Notes under the pieces: model-generated
Seen by the model: only the letters and a program-made list of their open reading frames with translations
Told to the model about the DNA's origin: nothing
Databases searched by the model: none
Program-made: the position numbers and the translations under genes
Source: Acidimicrobiales bacterium
GTDB taxonomy: Bacteria > Actinomycetota > Acidimicrobiia > Acidimicrobiales > RAAP-2
Length of the DNA: 64,000 nt
Assembly: GCA_049790955.1 (NCBI GenBank)
Contig: JBAQZL010000097.1
Coordinates: 13,729-77,728 of the forward strand
Reading direction: 5' to 3'
Shown here: in pieces, positions 1 through 9,194 of the stretch
Numbering within the stretch: position 1 is the stretch's first letter
Layout of the letters: each line of letters opens with the position of its first letter

Positions 1-206
1 AAGGGAGTCGTGTAGAACGTGCGTTGCTCGCGCTCGAGCTCTCGTCCAATGGCGTAGTTGGCGACCAGGGTCTTGCCAGCACCGGTCGGAGCGCTGACGA
101 GTACGTTGACGCGCTTGTCGACAGCTTCAATGGCGTCGAGTTGGAAGCGATCGAGTCCGAAGCCCAGTCCCTCGATGAACTCTCGGCGATAGTCGAGAAT
201 GCTCAC
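1..206 (-). CDS. helY: DEAD/DEAH-box (Ski2/HelY-type) ATP-dependent RNA helicase. N-terminal fragment; the CDS runs off the window edge.
   Basis: Own translation of the minus strand from GTG at 206..204 gives VSILDYRREFIEGLGFGLDRFQLDAIEAVDKRVNVLVSAPTGAGKTLVANYAIGRELEREQRTFYTTP. It has the Q-motif (FQ) and Walker A APTGAGKT. The start overlaps the tatC stop (GTGA). tatC-helY synteny is known from mycobacteria. It is absent from the ORF track because it is open at the edge. Confidence 0.75.
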   Translation of the reverse strand, partial: MSILDYRREFIEGLGFGLDRFQLDAIEAVDKRVNVLVSAPTGAGKTLVANYAIGRELEREQRTFYTTP

Positions 207-931
207 TTGTGCAGCAGCTTGCCTACGCCTATAGCTAGGAAATAGAACGCGATGAGGGGCAGCGCGAGAGCCAGCATCGACAAGGGATCACTGCTGGGAG
301 TAACGACGGCGGCAACAACCACAATGATAATTGTCGCGTAGCGCCAGCTGTGCAAGAGACGTTTGGGCGTAACCAAGTTCGTCAACTCCAGCGCGACGAG
401 GACTACGGGAAAGAGAAAGGCTATGCCGAAGATGAAGAGCATCAAAAGAAACAAAGTCAGGTACTGATTGGGGTTGTACTCGGTGAGCAACGTGTGACCA
501 CCAATGGCTTTTAGCCACTGAATCGCCTGGGCGAAGCTGAAGTACGCGAGGGTCATGCCGGCCGTGAAGAACACCACCGATGCCGTCACGAAGGGTATGG
601 CATATTTACGCTCGCGAGCCTTCAATCCAGGAGTTATGAATCGCCACGCTTCCCACAGAATGACCGGTGACGAGATAACGAAACCCGAAAAAAAGGCGAT
701 CTTGACGCGCAGATTGAGTCCATCGAGTGGATTGGTGGCCAGGAATTTACAACTTTTTGGACTCGCGCGACAGTAGGGGTCTTGCAGTATCGCCAAGAGG
801 TGCGTGTAGAAAATGAAGCCCAAAACGGCCACCACGGAGACACAGATCGCGATGATCATGATGCGACGACGTAGCTCCCCCAGATGTTCGGCGAGCGTCA
901 TCCCAGACTCGGCGCGACGTAGTTTTGGCAT
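203..931 (-). CDS. tatC: Twin-arginine translocase subunit TatC
   Basis: 242-aa polytopic membrane ORF with ATG at 931. The N-terminus ...MTLAEHLGELRRRI... and the hydrophobic pattern are typical of TatC. It lies directly downstream of tatA. Confidence 0.9.
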   Translation of the reverse strand: MPKLRRAESGMTLAEHLGELRRRIMIIAICVSVVAVLGFIFYTHLLAILQDPYCRASPKSCKFLATNPLDGLNLRVKIAFFSGFVISSPVILWEAWRFITPGLKARERKYAIPFVTASVVFFTAGMTLAYFSFAQAIQWLKAIGGHTLLTEYNPNQYLTLFLLMLFIFGIAFLFPVVLVALELTNLVTPKRLLHSWRYATIIIVVVAAVVTPSSDPLSMLALALPLIAFYFLAIGVGKLLHK

Positions 932-937
932 GACTGG

Positions 938-1327
938 TTAGTTCAGTGACGGGTCGGGCGGAGGTGAGGGCGCGTCGGCGCGTACCGGCGGAGGCGTGGC
1001 GATTCGAGGCGGTCGGAACATTACCGAACCGTCGGGCTCGGGCGGGATGGGAGTCTCGGGTGCCTCCGCGGCCTCTTTGGCGTCAACGCGGTCGGCCAAC
1101 TGGTTCAACAGCGAGACGGGACTGCGCGCGATGCGGGCAATGTCGCTAGTGCTCGGTAAATCAGGGATGGCTTCTCGAACTTCAGCCTCCATCTTTTCTT
1201 GAAGCCGCTTAATGGCGCGCCAGCCGGCGCCGATGCGATGGGCCATTTCGGGCAACTTGTCTGGACCCATGAGCAACATGATGACGGCGGCCACGATGAG
1301 GAGTTTGAATGGACTCAGACTGATCAC
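938..1327 (-). CDS. tatA: Twin-arginine translocase TatA/TatB(E)-family protein with a long Pro-rich tail
   Basis: 129 aa with a GTG start. It has an N-terminal TM helix plus hinge (FKLLIVAAVIMLLMGPDKLPEMAHRIG) typical of TatA/B, and sits 6 nt upstream of tatC. Confidence 0.8.
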   Translation of the reverse strand: MISLSPFKLLIVAAVIMLLMGPDKLPEMAHRIGAGWRAIKRLQEKMEAEVREAIPDLPSTSDIARIARSPVSLLNQLADRVDAKEAAEAPETPIPPEPDGSVMFRPPRIATPPPVRADAPSPPPDPSLN

Positions 1328-1408
1328 GACCCCATTGTAGGGCCGGAATCCTTAGTGAATTAGAAGGTGACGACCGCCGACGGATGCCACTTTCTCGAAA
1401 AGTTTTGC

Positions 1409-2779
1409 TTACCCGTGACGTTCGAGCGACGCCAGTAGTTTCTGGAATCTCTCGTCCGTGCTCTTAAAGGGGTCTTTCAGCAATACAGTCCGCTGCATCT
1501 CGTCATTGAGCTTGAGGTGAACCCAGTCAACGGTGTAATCGCGACGCCACAGCTTTGCTGCCTGGATGAAAGTACCTCGCATATGGGCTCGCGTGGTGCT
1601 GGGCGGGGTCATGGTCGCCTTCTCGATCTGCTCGTCGGTCACCATCCGTTGGAAGTGGCCGCGTGACGAGCGTCGATAGAAGAGCCCTCGATCGAGATTG
1701 GTGTCGTGATAGAGCAGATCGATGAGGGCAATTTTGGGATCGCTGAGATCGATGCCGCTGCGCTCGCGCTCACGATCGATGATCTGCAGTTTGGCAATCC
1801 AGTCAACCCGATCGGCCAACCCCATCGGGTCGCTGCGGTACTGTTCGATCACTTCGCGCCAGAGGCGTACGGCGCGTACTTGATCTGCGGGGAGATCGCG
1901 GACCTCGACAAACTTCTCGGCCCGCTCGCACAGGTCCTCTTGAATCTCCAGGGCCGTGAGGTCGCGGCCGTTCATGAGTTTGACCGGCTCTTTACTCCAG
2001 AGGTCGTAAGAGATGTCACGAAGTGCGTTGATTGGTGAGGCCATGGCGTAGTCGCGCAGTTGCACAATGTCGTCTTCAATCATGGCGAGGACAACGGAGG
2101 CGGTTCCGATCTTGAGGAACGTCGCGAACTCGCTCATGTTGGAATCTCCCACGATGACGTGGAGTCGGCGATATTTTTCGGGATCGGCGTGGGGCTCGTC
2201 GCGTGTATTGATGATGGGTCGACTGCGTGTTGTCGCCGACGAGATCGCTTCCCAGATGTGTTCCGCCCGCTGACTCATGGAATATGCGGTGCCCTTGGCG
2301 TTGGTGACCACTTTGCCCGCACCGGTAAAGATCTGTCGACTGATCAAGAAGGGAATGAAGACATTCTCCAGACGGGAAAGATCTTCGATTCGTTCGATGC
2401 AGTAGTTCTCGTGACAGCCGTACGAGTTGCCCGTCGAGTCGGTGTTGTTCTTGAAGAGAAAGATATCGCCGCGAATGCCTTCGTCGCTCAGTTGCGACTG
2501 GGCGTATCCGACGAGCTCACGCAGAATCGACTCGCCGGCCTTGTCCTGCGCCACGAGATCGTTGAGGGAGTCGCACTCGGCCGTGGCGTACTCGGGGTGA
2601 CTACCCACGTCGAGGTATAGGCGACTGCCGTTTTCGAGAAAGACGTTCGAAGACCGACCCCAGGCCACGACCTTGCGAAAGAGAAAACGTGACACCTCGT
2701 CGGGGCTAAGGCGACGCTGTCCGCGCAGCGAGAAAGTGATTCCGTACTCAGTTTCTACGCCATAGATTCTTCGTAGCAT
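1409..2779 (-). CDS. pafA: Pup--protein ligase PafA
   Basis: 456 aa. The N-terminus MLRRIYGVETEYGITF plus ...NGSRLYLDVGSHPEYATAEC... are hallmarks of the PafA/Dop carboxylate-amine ligase family. The position downstream of prcA fits PafA. Confidence 0.9.
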   Translation of the reverse strand: MLRRIYGVETEYGITFSLRGQRRLSPDEVSRFLFRKVVAWGRSSNVFLENGSRLYLDVGSHPEYATAECDSLNDLVAQDKAGESILRELVGYAQSQLSDEGIRGDIFLFKNNTDSTGNSYGCHENYCIERIEDLSRLENVFIPFLISRQIFTGAGKVVTNAKGTAYSMSQRAEHIWEAISSATTRSRPIINTRDEPHADPEKYRRLHVIVGDSNMSEFATFLKIGTASVVLAMIEDDIVQLRDYAMASPINALRDISYDLWSKEPVKLMNGRDLTALEIQEDLCERAEKFVEVRDLPADQVRAVRLWREVIEQYRSDPMGLADRVDWIAKLQIIDRERERSGIDLSDPKIALIDLLYHDTNLDRGLFYRRSSRGHFQRMVTDEQIEKATMTPPSTTRAHMRGTFIQAAKLWRRDYTVDWVHLKLNDEMQRTVLLKDPFKSTDERFQKLLASLERHG

Positions 2780-2796
2780 GATCTCACTTGGGCCTT

Positions 2797-3474
2797 TCAG
2801 CCCAAGAACTCGCTCACTCGTGCGTCACTGAGGCGTTCAAACGTGCGGCGACTACCGCGATCTTCGAGCACACAGACTTCCAGATCGTCCGCGGTGAAGA
2901 GTCGATCAGGTCCAGCCAGCGCACTGACGGCGTTGTGCAGCGTTGTCTTTAGAGGTTCCAATGAATCCTCCGACAGCGCAAATCGATCTTTGATGGTGTC
3001 AGCGTCGCCACCCAACACGGCGAAGCGCGGTTCGTCGGAGATGGTGCCTTCGTAGGCGACGCGATACAGCTTTGTCGGGCGAACCTTGTTGCCGAGTTGA
3101 GCGACGAGGATCTCGACTTCGAGTGGCTTTTGGCCCTCCGTAAACATGTCGCCTAGATGCTGGGCGTAGTAGTTGGCGAGCGCTCTCGCGTCGACGTCCT
3201 CGCGCGAGTAGGTGAAGCCCGTGGAATCAGCCCAACGAATGCCGGCTTCACGAAGCCGATCAAACTCGTTGTACTTGCCTACCCCGGCGAAGGCGATTCT
3301 GTCGTAGACCTCAGAGATCTTGTTCAGCGACGCCGATGGGTTCTCTGCGACCATGAGAACGCCCGCGTCGTAGATCGCCGCCACGATGGAGCGGCCCCGC
3401 GCAATGCCCTTCTGGGCGAACTCCGCTCGATCCTTGATGAGCTGTTCGGGTGAGACGTAGAAGTAGTTCGTCAT
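2797..3474 (-). CDS. prcA: 20S proteasome alpha subunit
   Basis: 225 aa. YFYVSPEQLIKDRAEFAQKGIARGRSIVA...VAENPSASLNKISEVYDRIAFAGVGKYNEFD closely follows bacterial PrcA. The start overlaps the prcB stop (ATGA). Confidence 0.92.
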   Translation of the reverse strand: MTNYFYVSPEQLIKDRAEFAQKGIARGRSIVAAIYDAGVLMVAENPSASLNKISEVYDRIAFAGVGKYNEFDRLREAGIRWADSTGFTYSREDVDARALANYYAQHLGDMFTEGQKPLEVEILVAQLGNKVRPTKLYRVAYEGTISDEPRFAVLGGDADTIKDRFALSEDSLEPLKTTLHNAVSALAGPDRLFTADDLEVCVLEDRGSRRTFERLSDARVSEFLG

Positions 3475-4265
3475 CGCAACGATCCACCGGCTACTCCGCG
3501 CGACTCAGTACGGCGCACGTTGATGCTGCGAAAGCGCTCCCCCACGTCGGCAGAGGGCAACTCCTGGAATCCGTCTTCGCTCAGAGTCACCATCATGGGG
3601 TAGATCTCGCGTACGAAGTCGGGACCCCCGGTGCTCGGGTCGTTATCGCCAGCTTCATAGAGAGCGAGCGCCCCGAGTTCGAGGGCCTCTTCGCGGTCCA
3701 GATTCTCTCGGAATCCGAGACGCAACGCACCTTCGGCGAAAGGCGAACCCGAACCAATGGTTGCGAAATCGAAGCGCTCGTAGCACCCTCCGGCGCCGTC
3801 GTACTCGAAGATGCGTCCCTGGGCGTGGCTCTCGTCCCAACCGGCCAAGAGGGGAAGTACACCCAAAGGAGACGTCAAGTTGTTGCGCTGAATGATGGGA
3901 GAAAGATAGTTGGCCTTACCTTCGAGGCTGAGCGACGAATCGGTCATCTTCTCGTAGTGCTCGAAGGACAACTGGGCGATCTTGAGCAGCTCGATGCCTC
4001 GCGCCGCGCTTCCAGAGATGGCGAGGGCCGTGTAGCGGTCGGCCGGTTCAATCTTTCGCACGTCACGACTGGCGATGTAGTTGCCGGTCGCCTGACGGTC
4101 GCCAACCATGACGACGCCCCCCACGTAACGAACGGCGATCACTGTCGTGGCGTGAGGACTTTCGCGCGACTGCTCTCGCGGCGCAGGATCAAGCCCGGAC
4201 ACTTGAGCAAAGTGCCAGAAGGAGGGGCCGGGATCGCCGTGGGCGCTAAAGAGCGGTAGTCCCAC
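3471..4265 (-). CDS. prcB: 20S proteasome beta subunit (propeptide plus catalytic Thr)
   Basis: The track ORF 3471..4403 overlaps pup in another frame. An in-frame GTG at 4265..4263 lies 4 nt after the pup stop and gives 264 aa (VGLPLFSAHGDPGPSFWHF...). The ...HATTVIAVRY... site matches the propeptide/Thr1 junction. Confidence 0.88.
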   Translation of the reverse strand: MGLPLFSAHGDPGPSFWHFAQVSGLDPAPREQSRESPHATTVIAVRYVGGVVMVGDRQATGNYIASRDVRKIEPADRYTALAISGSAARGIELLKIAQLSFEHYEKMTDSSLSLEGKANYLSPIIQRNNLTSPLGVLPLLAGWDESHAQGRIFEYDGAGGCYERFDFATIGSGSPFAEGALRLGFRENLDREEALELGALALYEAGDNDPSTGGPDFVREIYPMMVTLSEDGFQELPSADVGERFRSINVRRTESRGVAGGSLR

Positions 4266-4269
4266 GCAG

Positions 4270-4464
4270 TTACTCTCCGCCCTTTTGGACGTAGTTGCGC
4301 ACGAACTCCTCGGCGTTCTCTTCCAGTACTTCGTCGATCTCGTCGAGCAAGTCGTCGAGGTCAGCTTTGAGCTGGTCGCCCTTGGTCGCGTCGACGGAGA
4401 CATCTTCAGCGGTTTTGCTGGTGCGCTCCGTGCGCTGCTTTTGAATTCTTTCTTGTTCAGTCAT
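4270..4464 (-). CDS. pup: Prokaryotic ubiquitin-like protein Pup, C-terminus GGE
   Basis: 64 aa, acidic and predicted disordered/helical: ...DDLLDEIDEVLEENAEEFVRNYVQKGGE. The length, composition, terminal GG[EQ] and position between dop and prcB are diagnostic. Confidence 0.9.
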   Translation of the reverse strand: MTEQERIQKQRTERTSKTAEDVSVDATKGDQLKADLDDLLDEIDEVLEENAEEFVRNYVQKGGE

Positions 4465-4473
4465 ACTTCAGTT

Positions 4474-5961
4474 CTACCTGTCTAGAGCGGCAAGAAGTTC
4501 ACTCGCCGATGCACTCGTTTCTAGCAACTCTGAGGTCAGTGCATGGGTACCCCTCAAGGGATCGAGCATGGGCACTCTCTGCAAGGGTCCCTCGCCGACG
4601 TCAAAGACGACTGAATCCCAGTTGGCAGCCACGATCTCTTCCGGGTAGCGAGCGACACATTGACCGCGAAAATAGGCCCGAGTACTGAGCGGAGGATTGT
4701 GAACGGCTTCACGAACAGCCGCGTCGTCGTACAACGTGCGAAGTCCCACTCGCGCGGCGAGCGAGTGCGTGGGCCGCAAATCGTGGTACTGCAAATCAAT
4801 CGCGCGAAGCTTCGCGTCTCGATCGTTGAGGCCGTGACGTTCCTTGTACCCGGTCACCACTCTCAGTTTCGCCACCCAGTCGACGCGGTCAGCGACGGCG
4901 TCGCGATTGTCACGTACGCCGTCGAGCATCTGGCGCCACTGCTCCAAAATGAAATCAACCTCGTCCGGCGCAGCGACAACGTCGGCTCCGGTTCGCTGCA
5001 CATAGTTCCTCGCGACGTGCCACAGTTCGTCTTGAAAGTCCCAGGCGCTTCGAGTCCTTTCGTCGTCGCACGGCACCGCCTCAGTGAGCGAGAGGTCCAA
5101 CGAGAAGGCGCGGACGGCGTGAACCGGCGAACGCGGCATCGCGGGAAACTCCTCGGGCCCGAATTCCTCGAGTGCGGCCAGCAACAAAGCCGTGGATCCC
5201 AGCTTGACGAAGGTGGCGACTTGACTCATATTGGCGTCGCCGATGATCACGTGCAGCCGACGAAAACGCTCGGCGTCGCTGTGCGGCTCGTCACGCGTGT
5301 TGATGATGGGGCGCTTCAGCGTCGTTTCGAGACCCACAATCTCCTCGAAGAACTCCGAGCGCTGCGAGAGTTGAAAGGAGGGGTTGTGCTCGAGCGCCGA
5401 TTCGGTTTCGGCGCCGACTTTTCCCGCGCCAATAACGATCTGACGTGAGACAAAATGCGGCACCATGGCGCGAATGAGGTGAGCGAATTCGAGATCCCGA
5501 CGCACGAGGTAGTTCTCGTGCGTGCCGTAGGAATTTCCCTTCCCGTCGGAGTTGTTCTTGTAGAGCGTGATCGCCTGCGCGGGATCGAGCGACCCGTTGG
5601 CGATCTCCAGGGCGCGTCGCATCACCTCTTCACCCGCAACGTCATAGAGAGTCGCTTCTCGTGGAGTTCGACATTCGGGAGACGAATATTCCGGGTGCGC
5701 GTGGTCAACATACAGCCGAGCACCGTTGGTGAGAACCGTGTTCGCCAAGTGCGTCTCGACGATGGGCGCGAAGGAAGTTAGATCAACGCGTCCACGAGCG
5801 TCCATGTCGGGTGTCTCGCCCTCGAAGTCCCAGTTGATCCGGGTGCGACCTTGTTGCGCATATGCGTTGACGATGATGCTTGATGAAGTGATGGGGTCAG
5901 AGTCGGGCCCACCCGCGATTCCATACTCCGTCTCAATACCCAGTACCTTCGCAATCGCCAC
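4474..5961 (-). CDS. dop: Pup deamidase/depupylase Dop
   Basis: PafA paralogue (VAIAKVLGIETEYGIAG..., ...NGARLYVDHAHPEYSSPEC...) lying upstream of pup. The likely start is GTG 5961, 4 nt after the arc stop. The track ORF extends to 6021, which would overlap arc by 56 nt. Confidence 0.88.
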   Translation of the reverse strand: MAIAKVLGIETEYGIAGGPDSDPITSSSIIVNAYAQQGRTRINWDFEGETPDMDARGRVDLTSFAPIVETHLANTVLTNGARLYVDHAHPEYSSPECRTPREATLYDVAGEEVMRRALEIANGSLDPAQAITLYKNNSDGKGNSYGTHENYLVRRDLEFAHLIRAMVPHFVSRQIVIGAGKVGAETESALEHNPSFQLSQRSEFFEEIVGLETTLKRPIINTRDEPHSDAERFRRLHVIIGDANMSQVATFVKLGSTALLLAALEEFGPEEFPAMPRSPVHAVRAFSLDLSLTEAVPCDDERTRSAWDFQDELWHVARNYVQRTGADVVAAPDEVDFILEQWRQMLDGVRDNRDAVADRVDWVAKLRVVTGYKERHGLNDRDAKLRAIDLQYHDLRPTHSLAARVGLRTLYDDAAVREAVHNPPLSTRAYFRGQCVARYPEEIVAANWDSVVFDVGEGPLQRVPMLDPLRGTHALTSELLETSASASELLAALDR

Positions 5962-5965
5962 GAAG

Positions 5966-7711
5966 TTAAAGGTACTGCCCTGTACCCACGTGCTGAATCG
6001 ATCGCCCGCCCTTGACGTCATCTTCCTCGCGGTTGATGAGCGTGCGAATGAAAATGATGCGCTCGCCCTTCTTGCCGGAGATCTTCGCCCAGTCGTCGGG
6101 GTTCGTCGTGTTCGGGAGGTCTTCGTTCTCGCGGAACTCCTGGCGAATCGATTCGATGAGATCGTCTTTGCGCAGTCCGCGGCCTTGATCTGCGATCTCG
6201 CGTTTCACGGCAATCTTCTTCGCGCGGCGGACAATGTTTTCGATCATGGCACCTGAGGCGAAGTCTTTGTAATACAAGACCTCTTTGTCGCCGCCCTGGT
6301 AGGTCACTTCGAGGAAACGATTCTCATCGTCGACGCGGTACATCTGAGTGACCGTGTCTTCGATCATCGCTTGGACCGCCTTCGAGCGGTCCCCTCCCCC
6401 GAGTTCGCGCACGGTGCTCGGGTCGAGCGGCAGCTCGGTGTGCAGGTAGCGCGAGAAGATCTGCGCCGCCGCTTCGGCGTCGGGCCGCTCGATCTTGATC
6501 TTCACGTCCAAGCGACCCGGGCGCAGGATGGCCGGGTCGATGAGATCTTCGCGGTTAGTGGCACCAATGACGATCACGTCGCGAAGGGACTCCACGCCAT
6601 CGATCTCCGCGAGGAGCTGAGGGACGATCGTCGACTCCATGTCCGAGCTGATGCCCGTGCCGCGGGTGCGAAAGAGAGAGTCCATCTCGTCGAAGAAGAC
6701 AATGACCGGCACGCCCTCTTCCGCTTTTTCGCGCGCCCGCTGAAAGACCACGCGGATCTGGCGCTCCGTCTCGCCGACGTACTTGTTCAACAGCTCCGGG
6801 CCTTTGATGTTGAGGAAGTACGAACGCACGTTGCGATTGCCCGTGAGCTCCGCGACCTTCTGCGAGAGCGAGTTCGCGACAGCCTTCGCGATGAGCGTCT
6901 TGCCGCAGCCCGGGGGGCCGTAGAGCAAGATGCCTTTAGGCGCGGGCAGGTCGTACTCGTGAAAGAGCGCGCGATGAAGGTACGGCAACTCAACGGCGTC
7001 AGTGATGGCTTCGATCTGTGCGTCAAGTCCCCCGACGTCCGCGTAACTGATGTCGGGGACCTCTTCGAGGATCAACTCTTCCGCTTCTTGGCGAATGAGC
7101 TTCTCGGTCAACAAGTTGGAACGGAGGTCGAGCAGCAGCGCGTCGCCGCTGCGGAGCTTCACCGACTGCAACGCTTCGGCGAGTTCCACGACGCGCTCTT
7201 CGTCGGCTCGCCCGTAGACCAGCACGCGTCGGTCGTCCAGCACTTCTTTGACCGTGACGACTTCGCCTTGGCCGTCGGAGTCGCGAACGCCAATGACGGT
7301 GAAGGACTCATTGAGCACGACTTCGTCGCCGCGAGCGATCTGCGCCGGATCGAGGCCCGGATGCAGGGCCACGCGCATCTTTCGACCCGAGGCGAAAATA
7401 TCCACCGAGCCGTCGTCGTTAAAGCCAGTAAAGGTCCCATAGACCGCGGGCGGCTGGGTGAGTTTCTCCACTTCATCACGAAGAGCCGCTATCTGGTCAC
7501 GCGTCTGTTGAATGGTGATCGTCAATTTTTCGTTGTTTGATCGGCTCTGCGCCAATTGACCGCGCGCTTCGAGCAGCTTCTCTTCGAGTATTTCGATGCG
7601 GCGGTTCGCTTGTTCGACATCACTGAGGCCGTAGTCATTCGCATTGGTCGACCCGAAGAGGTCGTCGCGTTCGCCCCTCGAAGAATCGTCAAAACCTGGT
7701 GATCGGTCCAT
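5966..7711 (-). CDS. arc: Proteasome-associated AAA+ ATPase ARC/Mpa
   Basis: 581 aa with an N-terminal coiled coil, Walker A GPPGCGKT, and the C-terminus ...HVGTGQYL. The GQYL proteasome-docking motif is characteristic of Mpa/ARC. Confidence 0.93.
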   Translation of the reverse strand: MDRSPGFDDSSRGERDDLFGSTNANDYGLSDVEQANRRIEILEEKLLEARGQLAQSRSNNEKLTITIQQTRDQIAALRDEVEKLTQPPAVYGTFTGFNDDGSVDIFASGRKMRVALHPGLDPAQIARGDEVVLNESFTVIGVRDSDGQGEVVTVKEVLDDRRVLVYGRADEERVVELAEALQSVKLRSGDALLLDLRSNLLTEKLIRQEAEELILEEVPDISYADVGGLDAQIEAITDAVELPYLHRALFHEYDLPAPKGILLYGPPGCGKTLIAKAVANSLSQKVAELTGNRNVRSYFLNIKGPELLNKYVGETERQIRVVFQRAREKAEEGVPVIVFFDEMDSLFRTRGTGISSDMESTIVPQLLAEIDGVESLRDVIVIGATNREDLIDPAILRPGRLDVKIKIERPDAEAAAQIFSRYLHTELPLDPSTVRELGGGDRSKAVQAMIEDTVTQMYRVDDENRFLEVTYQGGDKEVLYYKDFASGAMIENIVRRAKKIAVKREIADQGRGLRKDDLIESIRQEFRENEDLPNTTNPDDWAKISGKKGERIIFIRTLINREEDDVKGGRSIQHVGTGQYL

Positions 7712-7748
7712 ATCGCTACCCTAGGTGAGCACGGCGAAGATCATGAGG

Positions 7749-7793
7749 TCATGTATTTGTGGATTAGCCCACTAGAGTGGCATCACGTATTTG
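7749..7793. repeat. Two copies of an 11-nt direct repeat (TCATGTATTTG / TCACGTATTTG) in the arc-ferredoxin divergent intergenic region
   Basis: Read directly: 7749..7759 and 7783..7793 match at 10 of 11 positions, with starts 34 nt apart. The stretch is AT-rich relative to its surroundings. It may be an operator or promoter element; function is unknown. Confidence 0.2.
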
Positions 7794-7811
7794 GCCATGG
7801 AGGACTAGCAA

Positions 7812-8048
7812 ATGAAGGTTTGGATCGACCAAGACCTCTGCACAGGGGACGGGCTCTGCGAAGAGATCTGCCCATCGGTGTTCACGCTGCTCGATGACGG
7901 CTTGGCCTACGTGAAGCAAGGCAGTGACGTGAAGAGCAATCCTGGCGGTGCCCAAGGCCTCGCCGACGTCCCGGCCGAGTTCGAAGATGCGGTCATTGAG
8001 GCCTCCGAAGAGTGCCCCGGTGAATGCATCTTCATTCACAAGGACTGA
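7812..8048 (+). CDS. Small single-cluster ([3Fe-4S]/[4Fe-4S]) ferredoxin
   Basis: 78 aa. KVWIDQDLCTGDGLCEEICPSVF...ECPGECI has the CxxxxxC...C(P) spacing of actinobacterial mono-cluster ferredoxins. GGAGGA lies 7 nt upstream of the ATG. Confidence 0.8.
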   Translation: MKVWIDQDLCTGDGLCEEICPSVFTLLDDGLAYVKQGSDVKSNPGGAQGLADVPAEFEDAVIEASEECPGECIFIHKD

Positions 8049-8830
8049 GATTCGCTCCCTCGCACTACCAGTCGACGCGCAGACGTGAGAAATCCGGTGT
8101 GCGCCACCATCCGATGATCAGGACGAACCGAACGTCCGTCGATGTGCCACGTCCGCCTCAGAATCTCGACCGTTTCGGCGAGCCCGAACGAATGATGCTC
8201 CAGGGTCTCTCGCAGGAGCTGCGTCTGGTTGATGGTTGGCAGATACGCGAGGAGTATTCCGCCGGGCCGTAGGGCGCCTTCGGCGTGCTTCACAACGTCC
8301 CACGGCTCGGGCATGTCCAAGATGATGCGGTCGAGGTCTACTTCATCGATGCCCGCGGTGACGTCACGGATGTGCACGTCGTAGTCCACGTCGTCCCCGA
8401 GAAAGTCGTGCACGTTCTTGATGGCTTGTTGCGCGAAGTCGTCACGGATCTCGTAGGCGGTGATCGACGCGCCCGCCCGCAGCAGCGTCATGGAGAGCGC
8501 GCCGGAACCGACTCCGGCTTCGAGAATCCGCATTCCCGGACCGACGTCGGCCTGAAGCAGAATCGCCCCGAGATCCTTGGGGTAGATCACCTGTGCTCCG
8601 CGCGGCATCTTCAAGACGACGTCCGAGAGCGTCGGGCGCAGCACGAGAAACTTCCGCTCGGTACTAGAAGAGATCAGAGAGCCTTCAGGCTGGCCGATGA
8701 CCTCGTCGTGCTGCACGATGCCAGCGTGGGTGTGAAAGGCCGAGCCCTCTTTCAGGGTGACGAGATAGTGGCGATCTTTGGCGTCGATCAGCATGACGCG
8801 CTCGCCCTCGGCGAGCTCGGCACGACTCAC
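8036..8830 (-). CDS. trmI: tRNA (adenine58-N1)-methyltransferase TrmI (Gcd14 family)
   Basis: 264 aa. It has an N-terminal beta domain (...DRHYLVTLKEGSAFHTHAGIVQHDEVIG...) and the SAM motif ILEAGVGSGALSM. Synteny next to arc matches M. tuberculosis Rv2118c. The start is GTG, and the 3' end overlaps the ferredoxin 3' end by 13 nt. Confidence 0.85.
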   Translation of the reverse strand: MSRAELAEGERVMLIDAKDRHYLVTLKEGSAFHTHAGIVQHDEVIGQPEGSLISSSTERKFLVLRPTLSDVVLKMPRGAQVIYPKDLGAILLQADVGPGMRILEAGVGSGALSMTLLRAGASITAYEIRDDFAQQAIKNVHDFLGDDVDYDVHIRDVTAGIDEVDLDRIILDMPEPWDVVKHAEGALRPGGILLAYLPTINQTQLLRETLEHHSFGLAETVEILRRTWHIDGRSVRPDHRMVAHTGFLTSARRLVVRGSESQSL

Positions 8831-8979
8831 GCGTGGCGTTTCGCGCGCTTTTTCGCTCGCGAGTCAAACATTCGAAGGGCTACGACGGCGAGACCCAACG
8901 TCAGCCACTTGGGAGAGCGCTGGGCCCAGGCCCTTCCGAGCGCCCCCGCGGCGGCGAGTCGAAGCAAGCGACGGCGCAT
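8827..8979 (-). CDS. Hypothetical small basic membrane protein (50 aa)
   Basis: Internal ATG at 8979 of track ORF 8827..9048 gives MRRRLLRLAAAGALGRAWAQRSPKWLTLGLAVVALRMFDSRAKKRAKRHA. The start overlaps the upstream stop (TAATG) and the stop overlaps the trmI GTG (GTGA). I recognise no family. Confidence 0.4.
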   Translation of the reverse strand: MRRRLLRLAAAGALGRAWAQRSPKWLTLGLAVVALRMFDSRAKKRAKRHA

Positions 8980-9194
8980 TAGTCCTTCTTTTCCTTCTTC
9001 GACGCCTTCTTTGCCTTGCGAAGACGTCTTCCTCGCAGGCGGCCCCACACGTATCCCGTCATGACTCCGCCCACGCCGACCGCTGCCACCGTGGGTTTGG
9101 AGTCGATGAGGGAACTGCCGAGTTGAACCTCTTTGGGCAAAAACGACCGAAGTTTTGCTTCTAGCTCTCGGCGAGTTGAGCTGGGCTCGCTCAC
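8979..9194 (-). CDS. Hypothetical small protein, possibly DUF3618-like (N-terminal helix plus C-terminal TM and Lys-rich tail)
   Basis: In-frame GTG at 9194..9192 overlaps the upstream stop (GTGA). The 71-aa product is VSEPSSTRRELEAKLRSFLPKEVQLG...VAAVGVGGVMTGYVWGRLRGRRLRKAKKASKKEKKD. The family assignment is tentative and from memory of the domain architecture. Confidence 0.45.
   Translation of the reverse strand: MSEPSSTRRELEAKLRSFLPKEVQLGSSLIDSKPTVAAVGVGGVMTGYVWGRLRGRRLRKAKKASKKEKKD

Noticed and set aside
24-245. 73-aa plus-strand ORF at the window start
   Set aside because: It is antisense to the helY N-terminus (Walker A motif on the minus strand) and to the tatC 3' end.
3471-4403. Long 5' extensions of real genes in the ORF track: prcB to 4403, trpB to 34151, cmk to 44456, aroH to 47239, the COG4315 protein to 58359, the aminotransferase to 59704, pepE to 41660
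   Set aside because: The extensions overlap the upstream gene in another frame and have Arg/Ser/Thr-rich nonsense composition. In-frame ATG/GTG codons placed right at the upstream stop codon give canonical N-termini.
6371-7540. 389-aa plus-strand ORF
   Set aside because: It is entirely antisense to the well-supported arc/mpa gene. It has the Arg/Asp/Leu-rich low-complexity composition typical of shadow ORFs in high-GC DNA.
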